In this document: piece after piece, positions 39,146-49,500 of the stretch | Layout of the letters: each line of letters starts with the position of its first letter | Position numbering within the stretch: position 1 is the first letter of the stretch | Assembly (NCBI GenBank): GCA_963664875.1 | Contig: OY761611.1 | Location: 3,168,001-3,232,000 of the forward strand | Length of the DNA stretch: 64,000 nucleotides | Reading direction: 5' to 3' | Source of the DNA: Candidatus Kapaibacterium sp. | GTDB taxonomy: Bacteria; Bacteroidota; Ignavibacteria; Kapaibacteriales; UBA2268 | The notes under the pieces: model-generated | Told to the model about the DNA's origin: nothing | Seen by the model: the letters and a program-made list of their open reading frames with translations, nothing else | Database searches by the model: none | Position numbers and translations under genes: made by a program

Positions 39146-40563
39146 ACTCTCAAAAAGCAATAGATAGATTTTCTTTCTTCAAAAAAATATACTCATCAGC
39201 CTATCAGGCTATTATCGGGTCGAATATTGACTTTACCGAAGTAAGCGTCAGGCACGCTATATTTCTTCTCGCAGTGCCAATGGTGCTCGAGATGCTCGGG
39301 GAGTCTATGTTCGGAATTTTCGACATCTTCTTTGTGTCAAAATTAGGAGCCGATGCAGTAGCTGTAGTAGGTATTACTGAGTCACTCATCACAATAATAT
39401 ATGCCATCGGCATTGGTTTCAGCATGGCTACCGGTGCGATTGTCGCACGAAGAGTCGGCGAGAAGAAACCTGTGGAAGCCGCAAAATCGGGTTTTCAGGC
39501 GATACTTACAGGGATAGTTGTTTCCATTATTATTTCTATACCCGGAGCTATCTTCGCTAAAGATATATTGCTTATGATGGGCTTAAGTGCAGAAATAGCT
39601 GCAGAATATTACTCTTATACTGCAATTATTTTCGGCTCGAATATGACTATCATGCTCATATTCATCATAAATGCAATATTTCGTAGCGCAGGTGATGCTA
39701 CACGCTCTATGCAGGTACTTTGGTTTGCCAATATTATCAATATTATCTTAGACCCGATATTGATATTCGGCTTAGGGCCAATTCCGGCTATGGGAATAAA
39801 AGGTGCTGCTATTGCGACTGCTATTGGTCGAGGTCTTGGCATATTACTTCAGCTATATTTGCTTCTCAGCGATAAAAGCAGAATTAAATTTACAAAAGAC
39901 ATATTGGTATTTGACTTTGCTATAATCAAAAATCTGATAAATATATCCATTGGTGGGATTGGTCAGTATCTGATAGCAACTGCGAGCTGGATAGTGCTTG
40001 TGCGTATTCTGTCAGAATTCGGCAGCGACATTGTCGCAGGCTACACTATTGCAATACGAATAATGCTGTTTGCTATGCTGCCTTCGCTTGGTATAAGCAA
40101 TTCTGCAGCAACTCTTGTGGGGCAGAATCTCGGAGCAGTCAAGCCCGACAGAGCAGAGCAATCTGTATGGATAACAAGCAAAATAAATATCTTAGTTTTA
40201 GGTAGTATCGGGATAATATTTCTTGCCGTTCCGGAATTTTGGATAAGCTTCTTTATAGACGATCCAAATGTATTAAGCGCAGGTGCGACTTGCCTACGAA
40301 TAGTCAGTATAGGTTTCTTTGCCTATGGACTTGGTATGGTCATAATGAGTGCTTTCAACGGAGCAGGCGATACAAAAACACCAACTTACCTAAACATATT
40401 GTGCTTTTGGATGATCGAAATTCCGCTTGCATACACTCTTGCAGTCTTCCTTGACTGGAGAGAATACGGTGTTTTCTGGTCGATAGTAATCGCAGAAACG
40501 ATACTAACGCTACTCGCAGTATTCACCTTCAAAAAAGGCAACTGGAAGCTCAAACAGGTATAA
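39133..40563 (+). CDS. MATE family efflux transporter
   Basis: LAVPMVLEM, DIFFVSKLG, NIILDPILIFG...MGIKGAAIAT, VGQNLGA; about 12 TM. Confidence 0.93.
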   Translation: MGKLDSQKAIDRFSFFKKIYSSAYQAIIGSNIDFTEVSVRHAIFLLAVPMVLEMLGESMFGIFDIFFVSKLGADAVAVVGITESLITIIYAIGIGFSMATGAIVARRVGEKKPVEAAKSGFQAILTGIVVSIIISIPGAIFAKDILLMMGLSAEIAAEYYSYTAIIFGSNMTIMLIFIINAIFRSAGDATRSMQVLWFANIINIILDPILIFGLGPIPAMGIKGAAIATAIGRGLGILLQLYLLLSDKSRIKFTKDILVFDFAIIKNLINISIGGIGQYLIATASWIVLVRILSEFGSDIVAGYTIAIRIMLFAMLPSLGISNSAATLVGQNLGAVKPDRAEQSVWITSKINILVLGSIGIIFLAVPEFWISFFIDDPNVLSAGATCLRIVSIGFFAYGLGMVIMSAFNGAGDTKTPTYLNILCFWMIEIPLAYTLAVFLDWREYGVFWSIVIAETILTLLAVFTFKKGNWKLKQV

Positions 40564-40691
40564 ATCAAAACTTCTCCGCACTAATACTCCCTGAAAAGTC
40601 AATAAAGAGCGAATTTTCGGGGAGTGTGTGGGGGAGAAATATCCAATTTGACATATAATGATTTATGTAAAAAAATGTTCAAGAGTGAATC

Positions 40692-41759
40692 ATGATTTTT
40701 GAAAAATATGGAATCCCGAATTATATATCCTCTGAGATTTCATCAGGGAAAATTACTGCAACTGAATTAGGCAGAGTTATTGCAGAACACAAAGAAAGAT
40801 ATGCTGTTGCTATGGAATCCGGTATTGTAGATGCTGAAATAACCGGCAATATGCGTTTTGCTGCCGAGTCTCGTGAAGATTTCCCTGCTGTTGGTGATTG
40901 GGTGTTGCTCACAGCTTACGACCCGGATTTTGCTATTATCAGAGAAATTCTGCCACGAGTTTCTAAATTGTCGCGCCAGGCAGTGGGACAGTTCGGTGAA
41001 GTGCAGCTTATAGCAACAAATATTGACTTTGCTTTTCTCGTGCAGGCTGTTGATAGAGATTTTAATATAAACAGATTCGAACGCTATCTGTCCTTATGCT
41101 ATAACGGCAAAGTTACGCCCATAATTCTGCTTACTAAAACTGACCTTATTGATGATACCGAATTAGAGGAAATAATCAGTAGCATCAGGGAAAGAATCAA
41201 AGACGTAGATGTCCTTGCTGTAAGCAATGAGACCGGTATCGGCATCGACGTACTTTTAAACAAAATGGAAAAAGGCAAGTCGTACTGCCTGCTCGGCTCC
41301 TCGGGGGTAGGCAAGTCAACCTTGCTTAATACATTGATGGGCGAAGAAGTTATGAAAACAAGCTCTATAAGCACAAGTACCAACAAAGGTCGCCACACTA
41401 CCAGCCACAGAGAACTTATCTTACTCCAAAACGGTGCAATTATTATAGATACCCCCGGTATGCGGGAAGTCGGTGTAGTCAATCAGGAGCAGGGGATAGA
41501 AACCACTTTCGATTGGCTCTATACCTACGCAGAACACTGCAAATATCGTGACTGCACTCACACAAACGAAAAAGGTTGCGCAATTATAGAAGCAGTCGAA
41601 GCCGGCGAAATCAACCGAAAATCCTACGAAAACTACCTCAAAATGGAAAAGGAAAGTGCTCATTTCGAAGCTAGCAGTGCAGATAAGAAACGAAAAGGCA
41701 AATCGCTCGCTAAGTTAGTTAAGAATATGCACAAGATAGATCCTAAGCAGAAGAAGTAG
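40692..41759 (+). CDS. rsgA: Ribosome small subunit-dependent GTPase RsgA (possibly a paralog)
   Basis: PAVGDWV, TKTD, GSSGVGKST, GRHTT, DTPGMRE, CKYRDCTHTNEKGC zinc finger. Confidence 0.92.
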   Translation: MIFEKYGIPNYISSEISSGKITATELGRVIAEHKERYAVAMESGIVDAEITGNMRFAAESREDFPAVGDWVLLTAYDPDFAIIREILPRVSKLSRQAVGQFGEVQLIATNIDFAFLVQAVDRDFNINRFERYLSLCYNGKVTPIILLTKTDLIDDTELEEIISSIRERIKDVDVLAVSNETGIGIDVLLNKMEKGKSYCLLGSSGVGKSTLLNTLMGEEVMKTSSISTSTNKGRHTTSHRELILLQNGAIIIDTPGMREVGVVNQEQGIETTFDWLYTYAEHCKYRDCTHTNEKGCAIIEAVEAGEINRKSYENYLKMEKESAHFEASSADKKRKGKSLAKLVKNMHKIDPKQKK

Positions 41760-41958
41760 GGGAGAGAGCTATTTTTAAGTAGTCTATTTTGTAAATACAA
41801 ATATGATGATTATAAGTCTGGAGAAGTATCGAACTTGTGATATGAAGAAACTTATACTTCGATACTTTATCTCGACTTTTGGAAGAATAAACACTGCTTA
41901 AGATATAGATAAATCCGGTTATAATTTCAATATTGAAAAAATAAGAGATCGTATTGGC

Positions 41959-42948
41959 GTGCCTTACAGACGCAATAGTGGAGATTTGGATACAAATCAT
42001 AATGTTGTATTTATTTATCCTGCTGAGTTCAATCCACATCCGGGAATTAGCTATAGACCAATAAAAAATCAATATTATGCTGCTGATTGGACAAAAAATA
42101 TTATCTTGACAGACAGAATGGGGTCAACAAAGTTGGTGATTGGGCATGATTTTGAAGAAGGGTTCCGATATCTTCCATTCGGAAAGCAGATACCTATGGG
42201 AGACGACGACCAGCGCACCGCCTACATCGGCAAGGAACTTGACCGAGAAAGTGAACTGGGCGACCACGGCGTGCGTAAAGTAGATTACGGGCTGGGCAGG
42301 TTTACTACGATAGATCCTCTGTGGGAGAAATATTATGCCTGGTCACCGTACCAGTATAGTATGAATAATCCGGTGAGTTTTTTGGATGAGAATGGATTAT
42401 TTAAAGAAGTTGCAGGAGGAGATGGTGATGGAAAAGGATATGATTTAGTTAATTTAGATAAAAATGGTAAAAGGTTGCCAATCGCCATGCCAATTGACAA
42501 TCTAGGTTCAGTCTGGGATGTAGATCTAACAACTGAAAGTGGGACAACTATTCCAACAACAAGAAGGATGGCCATGCATGATGCAGGTCCAGATAATTGT
42601 GTTGGATTTGCTTTTACTGAAACTCAAGTTTATCAAATAGATCCATCCTTCACAGATAAAATTCTTAAGGGCGATAAATATGAAAATATAGATAAAATAT
42701 CAGAAGTGCAAACTGGTGACGTTGTAGTTTTTAGGAATACTGATAATGTAGTTACTCATGCAGGCATTGTGTCAAAAGTTATTAAAGATAAAGATGGCAA
42801 TGTGAAAGATGTGATTTATAAATGGAGAGATGCAAATACAATGAAATATGATAAAACTGATCCTAAAAATGGGGACATAAAATATAACGAAACATCCGTA
42901 AATGACGGAACTCATGGGAAAGAAAAAAAATCATACTATAGAAAATAG
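41959..42948 (+). CDS. Orphan, N-terminally truncated Rhs core fragment with papain/NlpC-P60-like C-terminal toxin
   Basis: TDRMGS, YLPFG, GRFTTIDPL, SPYQYSMNNPVSFLDENG Rhs-associated core; tip with NCVGFAF, GDVVVF, HAGIV. Confidence 0.75.
   Translation: MPYRRNSGDLDTNHNVVFIYPAEFNPHPGISYRPIKNQYYAADWTKNIILTDRMGSTKLVIGHDFEEGFRYLPFGKQIPMGDDDQRTAYIGKELDRESELGDHGVRKVDYGLGRFTTIDPLWEKYYAWSPYQYSMNNPVSFLDENGLFKEVAGGDGDGKGYDLVNLDKNGKRLPIAMPIDNLGSVWDVDLTTESGTTIPTTRRMAMHDAGPDNCVGFAFTETQVYQIDPSFTDKILKGDKYENIDKISEVQTGDVVVFRNTDNVVTHAGIVSKVIKDKDGNVKDVIYKWRDANTMKYDKTDPKNGDIKYNETSVNDGTHGKEKKSYYRK
42209..42396 (+). repeat. Rhs core direct repeat, copy 1 (188 bp)
   Basis: Closely similar to 44791-44978 and, in part, 46029-46125; GC-richer than the flanking toxin and immunity DNA. 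Confidence 0.9.
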
Positions 42949-43020
42949 TACGACGCTAGAATGATGCAAAGATATTCACTGTAAAATATTTACTATTCTT
43001 ATAAATAAATAGGAACAGAT

Positions 43021-44646
43021 ATGAAATACATACATATATTATACTTATCGTTATTAGGATTAGTTATTACATCCTGCGATAAACTGCTGCATTATTCAAT
43101 GGATAACAAAGTATTACCTATTCACAAAGATGGTAAGTATGGATTTATAGATCCACTTGGGAATTTGCTTATAGATTATAGGTACTTTGAGCCAATAGAA
43201 TTTCACTATGGGCCAATAGAATTTTACGATGAATATGCTATTGTAAAAGAAGATAGTAAGTATGGAATAATAGATATGCATGGAGATTTTGTACTGGAAC
43301 CCAGATATTCTGAAATACATTACATAGCAAGATACCCAAACTACTTTACAAAATTGGAAGTATCAAATTTTGAAATAATGGATGATAGTATTAGATATAT
43401 TTTTTGTGCAAATACTAGGGAACTTATAAAAACCAGTTTTCATCACTTCAGATATTGGAAAAATCAGAAGTTTATAGCAGAAAATGACTCAAATAATGAT
43501 GGTGTAGTTGGTTTCTATGGAGATACAATTGTTCCATTTAAATATAGAGAAATAGAAGCTTTGGATTCAAACAGTGTTAATCATGAGCCACTACATATTT
43601 TTAGAAAGAAAATAAATATGGATTATGCTATAACTGAGAAAAATGGAAAAGACGGTATAATTCATATTTCTGGAAGAGAAATTGTACCAACTAAATATGA
43701 TAACATTGGCTCATTTGTAGATAATTTAGCTTTTGTTATCAATAATAATAAAATAGGTGTAATTGATACCAGCGGAAAAGAGATTATTGAGTGTAAATAT
43801 GACAACATCCAAGGTGATAGGAATTTATCTTATTCAAGTTTAAGAAATGGTTTCTTCCTAACCAGTATCGGTAATAATCCGATTAAGGCAAGATTGGGCG
43901 ACTACTGGGGATATATCAATTTGAAGGGCGAAACTGTGATTGATTTTGAGTTTGAAGAAGGGCATACATTTTATGATGGCATAACAAGTGTAAAGAAAAA
44001 TGGTAAATGGGGAGTTATTGATTCCTTAGGCAAAACAATCATACCTTTTATATATGATGATGCCGGTTCTCCTGCTGAAAATAGAGTACCTGTAAAAATA
44101 AATGATAAGTGGGGATTGATTGATCTATATGGCAAAATTATACTTCCTTTTGAATATGACTATATACGATTTAGAGTAGATAATAGATATCCTTATTTAG
44201 AAACAAAAGTGGTCGTGCATAAGAAAAACATTGGAAAAGTTTTTGATGTGAAAAAGGATGTATTTTTTACACAAGAATCAACCGGAATTGATTTCTGGCC
44301 CTGCTATTATCTAAACTATTCTGACAAAGGTATAAATTATTTATATTTTGACTCTCATAACCAACCAGGATTAGTGGATTTGGAAGGTAATCTAATCATA
44401 GATCCGAAAGATGATTTTAAAAAAATATATACATGGCACATTGACGAAGGATTTTTAATACTTTCAAAAAAAGACAGTTCAGATAGATATTATAATCAAA
44501 TATATGATTTGGAAGAAAATAGATTGCTTAAAAATAGATATTTAGAAGCCAGGTACGAAGGTAACGGAGTTATAAAGGTTGAGTTATTTGACAGCACAAT
44601 GGGTTATATAAATACCAAAGGCAAGTGGATATGGAAACCAGAGTAG
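43021..44646 (+). CDS. WG-repeat lipoprotein, probable immunity protein for toxin 1
   Basis: Lipobox ITSC; many K(Y/W)G(F/Y/V/L)ID..G..II..(Y/F)D repeats; directly downstream of the toxin. Confidence 0.8.
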   Translation: MKYIHILYLSLLGLVITSCDKLLHYSMDNKVLPIHKDGKYGFIDPLGNLLIDYRYFEPIEFHYGPIEFYDEYAIVKEDSKYGIIDMHGDFVLEPRYSEIHYIARYPNYFTKLEVSNFEIMDDSIRYIFCANTRELIKTSFHHFRYWKNQKFIAENDSNNDGVVGFYGDTIVPFKYREIEALDSNSVNHEPLHIFRKKINMDYAITEKNGKDGIIHISGREIVPTKYDNIGSFVDNLAFVINNNKIGVIDTSGKEIIECKYDNIQGDRNLSYSSLRNGFFLTSIGNNPIKARLGDYWGYINLKGETVIDFEFEEGHTFYDGITSVKKNGKWGVIDSLGKTIIPFIYDDAGSPAENRVPVKINDKWGLIDLYGKIILPFEYDYIRFRVDNRYPYLETKVVVHKKNIGKVFDVKKDVFFTQESTGIDFWPCYYLNYSDKGINYLYFDSHNQPGLVDLEGNLIIDPKDDFKKIYTWHIDEGFLILSKKDSSDRYYNQIYDLEENRLLKNRYLEARYEGNGVIKVELFDSTMGYINTKGKWIWKPE

Positions 44647-44688
44647 TTATTATGTATGAATATATTTTACAAAGTATAAAATATATTC

Positions 44689-44722
44689 AAAGACTCAAGC
44701 CCAAAAAAGCTTGAGTCTTTTT
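44689..44722 (+). terminator. Intrinsic terminator closing Rhs cassette 1
   Basis: AAAGACTCAAGC-ccaaaaaa-GCTTGAGTCTTTTT. Confidence 0.75.
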
Positions 44723-44790
44723 ATTAAATAAACCGAAAATATGTTCATCTTCCATTCGAAAAAAAAGCAGTAACTTCTGTAGTGACGCCA

Positions 44791-44978
44791 ACCAGCGCAC
44801 CGCCTACATCGGCAAAGAACTTGACCGAGAAAGCGAACTGGGCGTCCACGGCGTGCGTAAAGTAGATTACGCACTGGGCAGGTTTACTACGATAGATCCA
44901 CTGTGGGAGAAGTACTACGCGTGGTCTCCGTACCAGTATAGTATGAATAATCCTATTAGCTTTTTGGATGAGAATGGA
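44791..44978 (+). repeat. Rhs core direct repeat, copy 2
   Basis: Same length and register as 42209-42396. Confidence 0.9.
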
Positions 44979-45587
44979 ATGAATCCTATTTATGGTCAAG
45001 ATGGTGTATTATTGGGAACTGATGATAATGGACTTCAGGGCGATGCCATTATCATGCATGAAGCTGATTTTAAACAAGGGATGTCCTATAATGATGCAAT
45101 GAAGTATAATTTGGGATTGAATGGTTTAGTAGATCAAGAAGCTATAGACAAATATACTGCAAGCTTTGAAGGATTAAAGGATCGTCCAGATTGGGATGGT
45201 TATTTGACATTGGAAGAAGCAAATGACTGGTATCAAAATGGAGATGGTCAGCCCCTGTTTACTGCATTAGACAAAATTGATCTTTCCGGTATTTTTTCAT
45301 TTGGTGATAAATATGTAGGAGAAGAAAAAACTTTTAATTTATTGTTTAATAGCTGTTCTTTAAATGATGGCTTAGTCTATGGAAATATTACATTAAAACG
45401 CTACCCAAATAATTCAGTGAGAGCTTATGCGGATACTTACGATTTTGATATGAAATCTTGGTGGAATCCATTGAATTGGGCAAGAAATTATGAAGCAAAA
45501 ATTGGAAACATTGTTGCTGGTCAAGGTAAAGCTTATCAAATTAATATCTATGGCAGTAAAAAATTAACTACTTTATTTGGTGGATAA
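44853..45587 (+). CDS. Orphan Rhs C-terminal module with putative colicin-M-like (lipid II-degrading) toxin tip
   Basis: Rhs end NNPISFLDENG; tip contains YADTYDFD...WARN, similar to the colicin M DxYD...R motif. Confidence 0.65.
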   Translation: MRKVDYALGRFTTIDPLWEKYYAWSPYQYSMNNPISFLDENGMNPIYGQDGVLLGTDDNGLQGDAIIMHEADFKQGMSYNDAMKYNLGLNGLVDQEAIDKYTASFEGLKDRPDWDGYLTLEEANDWYQNGDGQPLFTALDKIDLSGIFSFGDKYVGEEKTFNLLFNSCSLNDGLVYGNITLKRYPNNSVRAYADTYDFDMKSWWNPLNWARNYEAKIGNIVAGQGKAYQINIYGSKKLTTLFGG

Positions 45588-45588
45588 A

Positions 45589-45975
45589 ATGAAAAATTGG
45601 AAAATATGGATTGGCAGTCTTATATTGTTTCTATACTTAATGTTATCACTAACCTGTGATTTCGATAGTACGGATTTAGGCAGTAATTTTATTTATAATG
45701 ACGAACATAGACATATTATTGGCAAAGTAGATATTCCCCCAAGAATTATTTCTTATGATTATGATAATCAGTTTATAATCGTTAAGCAAAAGCCTGATAA
45801 ATATAATAACGTTATTTATGATAAAAGAGAATATGTATATCCATTAGGACGAGACACTATCTATTATTGGATAATTATAAAAGCTAAAGAAAAAGTTATT
45901 GGACCTTTAGATTTTGACAAATACAAAGAACTCAAAAAAGAATATCATGTATCTAAAGATTTGATTTTAGAATAG
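45589..45975 (+). CDS. DUF3997-like membrane-anchored protein, probable immunity for toxin 2
   Basis: N-terminal hydrophobic segment ending in Cys; IPPRIISYDYDNQFIIVKQ, YYWIII, VIGPL; ATG 1 nt after the toxin stop. Confidence 0.68.
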   Translation: MKNWKIWIGSLILFLYLMLSLTCDFDSTDLGSNFIYNDEHRHIIGKVDIPPRIISYDYDNQFIIVKQKPDKYNNVIYDKREYVYPLGRDTIYYWIIIKAKEKVIGPLDFDKYKELKKEYHVSKDLILE

Positions 45976-46028
45976 TTGATACAGGTCAAAACTCAAATAC
46001 TTCAAAGATGGAGTTTTGTATTATTTAT

Positions 46029-46125
46029 CGCCTACATCGGCAAAGAACTTGACCGAGAAAGCGAACTGGGCGACCACGGCGTACGTAAAGTAGATTACGA
46101 GCTAGGTAGGTTTACTACGATAGAT
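46029..46125 (+). pseudogene. Third, truncated Rhs core repeat with no toxin
   Basis: AYIGKELDRESELGDHGVRKVDYELGRFTTID, then similarity stops abruptly. Confidence 0.8.
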
Positions 46126-46130
46126 AGTAT

Positions 46131-46182
46131 AAAAACAGCTAACAGGGAATTGAAATAGATTCTTGTTAGCTGTTTTTTTTTT
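46131..46182 (+). terminator. Intrinsic terminator at the end of the Rhs array
   Basis: AAAAACAGCTAACAG...TTGTTAGCTGTTTTT followed by a long T-run. Confidence 0.75.
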
Positions 46183-46508
46183 ACTTCCCAAAAATTTTAC
46201 TAAAACTCTCTATTGCCTTATCTCTGCTCACTTGGGGCTGAACCACGGCACTTCTTCATCATCTGCCGTAAATTCAGATATACAGTCTGTCAGTTTTGAG
46301 ACAGCCTCCCAAGAAACAAGATAGGACATGTATTGATTTGTCTGATGACTGTATAGGTTAAATCATATTTGAGATAATTCTTCGCAAAATTCAAACTAAA
46401 CTTGATTCCCCTAAATAATGAAATAACGATCTTTTCCTTCTCCTCAACCTTCACTCTCCCAATAAACTGCACTCCAATATTTTTGGTATAGTTTATGCAT
46501 GAAAACAG

Positions 46509-49500
46509 TTGCGTAGTGTAATGTGGAAAACTTTTCATACTTATACCGCTAAATTCCTTGTGAATAATGTGTTAAATGTACTATCTTTGGATTGGGGACT
46601 TATGTACTTAATAAGAGAATCAGTGATAAGTACCGTGAAAATCGGAAAACTCAAATATGACCTATCTTGTTTGATAGCAATGGTTTTTGCTCTTCCATTT
46701 CTTTTTATGGAGGCAAATGCTCAGGTGAATAATGCCAGCCCTGTGAATTGGCGTTATCCTAATGGCAATCCTGAAGCCACCAAATTTATTTCTGCAAAAT
46801 CCGAAAAGCAGGATATTGACTCTTTCCTTGTAAAATGGTCAAGCCCTGACATCTCTGGCGATGTACAGCCACTTATCGGCAATGTGGTCAATAACGGTAA
46901 GCTTATGAGCGAATTTCGATACGCTCCTAATGAGATTGCCGCTGTGATTGGCGACGAACTTGTCGTCATTTCCGGAACCGGTCGCCTACTGAGTAAGGCT
47001 TCTTTCTCCGACGGCATGGAGGGCGTAACTCCTCAGGGGATTAAAGGGATCTCGCTGCTTTTTGACTCTACCTCCGCCGGAGTTGGACTCCAAGAGCAGG
47101 GGATAATGCTAATGGCTCTTGAGACCATCGAGTATCAAAACGAAGATACTTTGGCTTACTCCTACGTAGCGGGCTATGATGCTGTGAATAACAATCTTAA
47201 AATGCTTCGCAGACTTGCAATAGATTTGAGAGAATTCGATCCAAATGTTTCTGCAAGTATCAAACCGGTTTTCGCTAAAACAGAAAACGGTGAGCATTTG
47301 ATATATGCCACTGTAAACATGGCTTATCCTCAAATTTCAGGTTCCGGCAATCCTGCAAACGCTCCTTATTTCAGAGGACTGACTGTATTCAATACGGGTG
47401 GCAACTTAAACTCATTCCCGCTTCCTAATGTGGGAGATGACCTTGACTACCGATTAAATCTCGGACCGGAAGTTTCTTTTGCAACGCCTTCGATTTCTTA
47501 TGTTAGTGGACAAAATTCCATTTTGCTTCCTGTTTTTAATTCAACAGAGCTGCAGGAGGGAATAGATGCCAATCCAAATGTTACCGACATAGGAATTACC
47601 TATTCAGATAGACCTTATTTGCTTGGATTTAACACATTGTCGAACGGATTGGGACAGAGTGTATTCCCTCAGGATTTATCATTTATCGCAGACGGAATCA
47701 CTCGTCCGGTAATTATTCCTTATTACATAGATTTGCAAGATCCGACTTCCAATCAGGATAAATTTATTCTTCTGACGGAACAATACAAAGGAATAGACGG
47801 TTCATTCGGAACTTCTCGCCTCCATCTTTACTATGCAAAAGACGATGGAAGCGGTATTATGGCAGGGGATCCGATTACTATAGTAGATGATTTGTTCAAT
47901 CCACCTTTCAAAGGCGGAAAAAATCATTTTTGGTCAGTGGCAGTAGGTAATGTAGATGGTAATGCAACCAATACATGGGACGAATACTACCCTAATAATC
48001 CCGGCAAAGAGCTGATAATTACTCAGAGCTCCAAAGAGTTCGCTTATGCTTCTTCAAAATTATATATAATGAGATATAATTCCGGGCCTGCTATTCCAAA
48101 GGCAAATCTTCCAAATGAATACCTGTTCCCATTTGATACAATAGCAACTACAAAAATAAACGGTTGGGTTGCAGCGGTCAATGATTTAGATGGAGCAGAT
48201 GACGGAAAAGACGAAATTGTACTTGTCGATGGATCAAAATTATTAGTAGTTCGCTTGAGAGACTATACTGACAAACGATTCCAAACAGGTAAAATATTAG
48301 ATACTCTCTTTATAAAAGAGTTTTCTATGCAGACTATTTCATCGGTGGCTATCGCAGATTTGGAAGGCGACGAGCTTAATGACATTATCGTTACCACATA
48401 CGACAGCACTTATGCCATTGGACTAAATAAAATCAAACCGCTGAAAGTATTATACCCGAGTGAATATCAGGAGCCCGGCTTAGAGATATGCTATGGCGAT
48501 ACACTCGACATAATCTGGGAAAACCTGCTTGGTAACACGTTTGACGTGATTATGAAGTTTCAGGAATATTTAGGCGACGAGCCGGTCAATAATGCAATTT
48601 TAATTGATGACGAAATAAAGAACTTGACTGATACCTTAGTTTATTTGTATATTGCAGATACATTAGTTGCCGGAAAAACAGGAAGATTCATTTTAGAGTC
48701 AGCATCCAACCCCGGCGTACTTTGCGACACTACTACATTGCTGAGTTTCGGCTATCCTGATATAGTATTTGACGAATTGTCGGAAGATTACTACAGAGTT
48801 GGCGAAATAATTACTCTCACAGGCACGGTTTCCTGCGTAGATTCAGCAGAAGTAGAGTGGAGCGAAGATAATTTAACATGGAATAAAATATGTGACTTAG
48901 ATAATTGTCATATACATATGGGAGAAATTTCACAATTTGCAATAAATTTCGAAATTCCATGCGTTAATTTATATAATTGTTCGTCTCCCGATGTAGATAG
49001 CATTATTTATGTTAGATTAAATCTCAAAAAAGCAGATTACCAGAGCTTTTCGGAAGCTCTACCTATAAAAGTAAAACCGGCACTTGCTCCGGTAGAATTT
49101 GAAAAATCTGAAACTGCCTGTCCAAATGTTCGTATATCTTGGCAGGCAAACGATATAGAATATACTTGCGATACAATTTCAGTCTCCATTTCAGCAGATT
49201 TGGGGCAGACCTTTACAATGATTGACAGAGTGGCTACTATTCAGGAGGAATATATCTGGAATGTACCTCTTAATATGCCCGACACATTGGTATTACGTGT
49301 TTGCTGCGAAAGCTCCTGCGTAAGGACTGACACAGTAATAACTGACTATAAACCAAAATACATTGAAATTGTAGCACCTAACCCGTTTAGACCTCCTCTC
49401 GAAGAAGCCAGAGTAGTCTATAGGGTACCCGAAGAAACTAACGTAACTCTACGAATATATGACCAAAGCGACAGACTTGTAGCAGAACCTATTGCTAATG

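Noticed and set aside
41959-46182. Rhs cassette array as an integron
   Set aside because: No integrase or attC structure; the repeats encode Rhs core peptide.
46234-46308. Complete 75-bp mini-MITE
   Set aside because: The candidate left end GGGGCTGAAC matches only 7 nt of the terminal repeat; only the right end is convincing.
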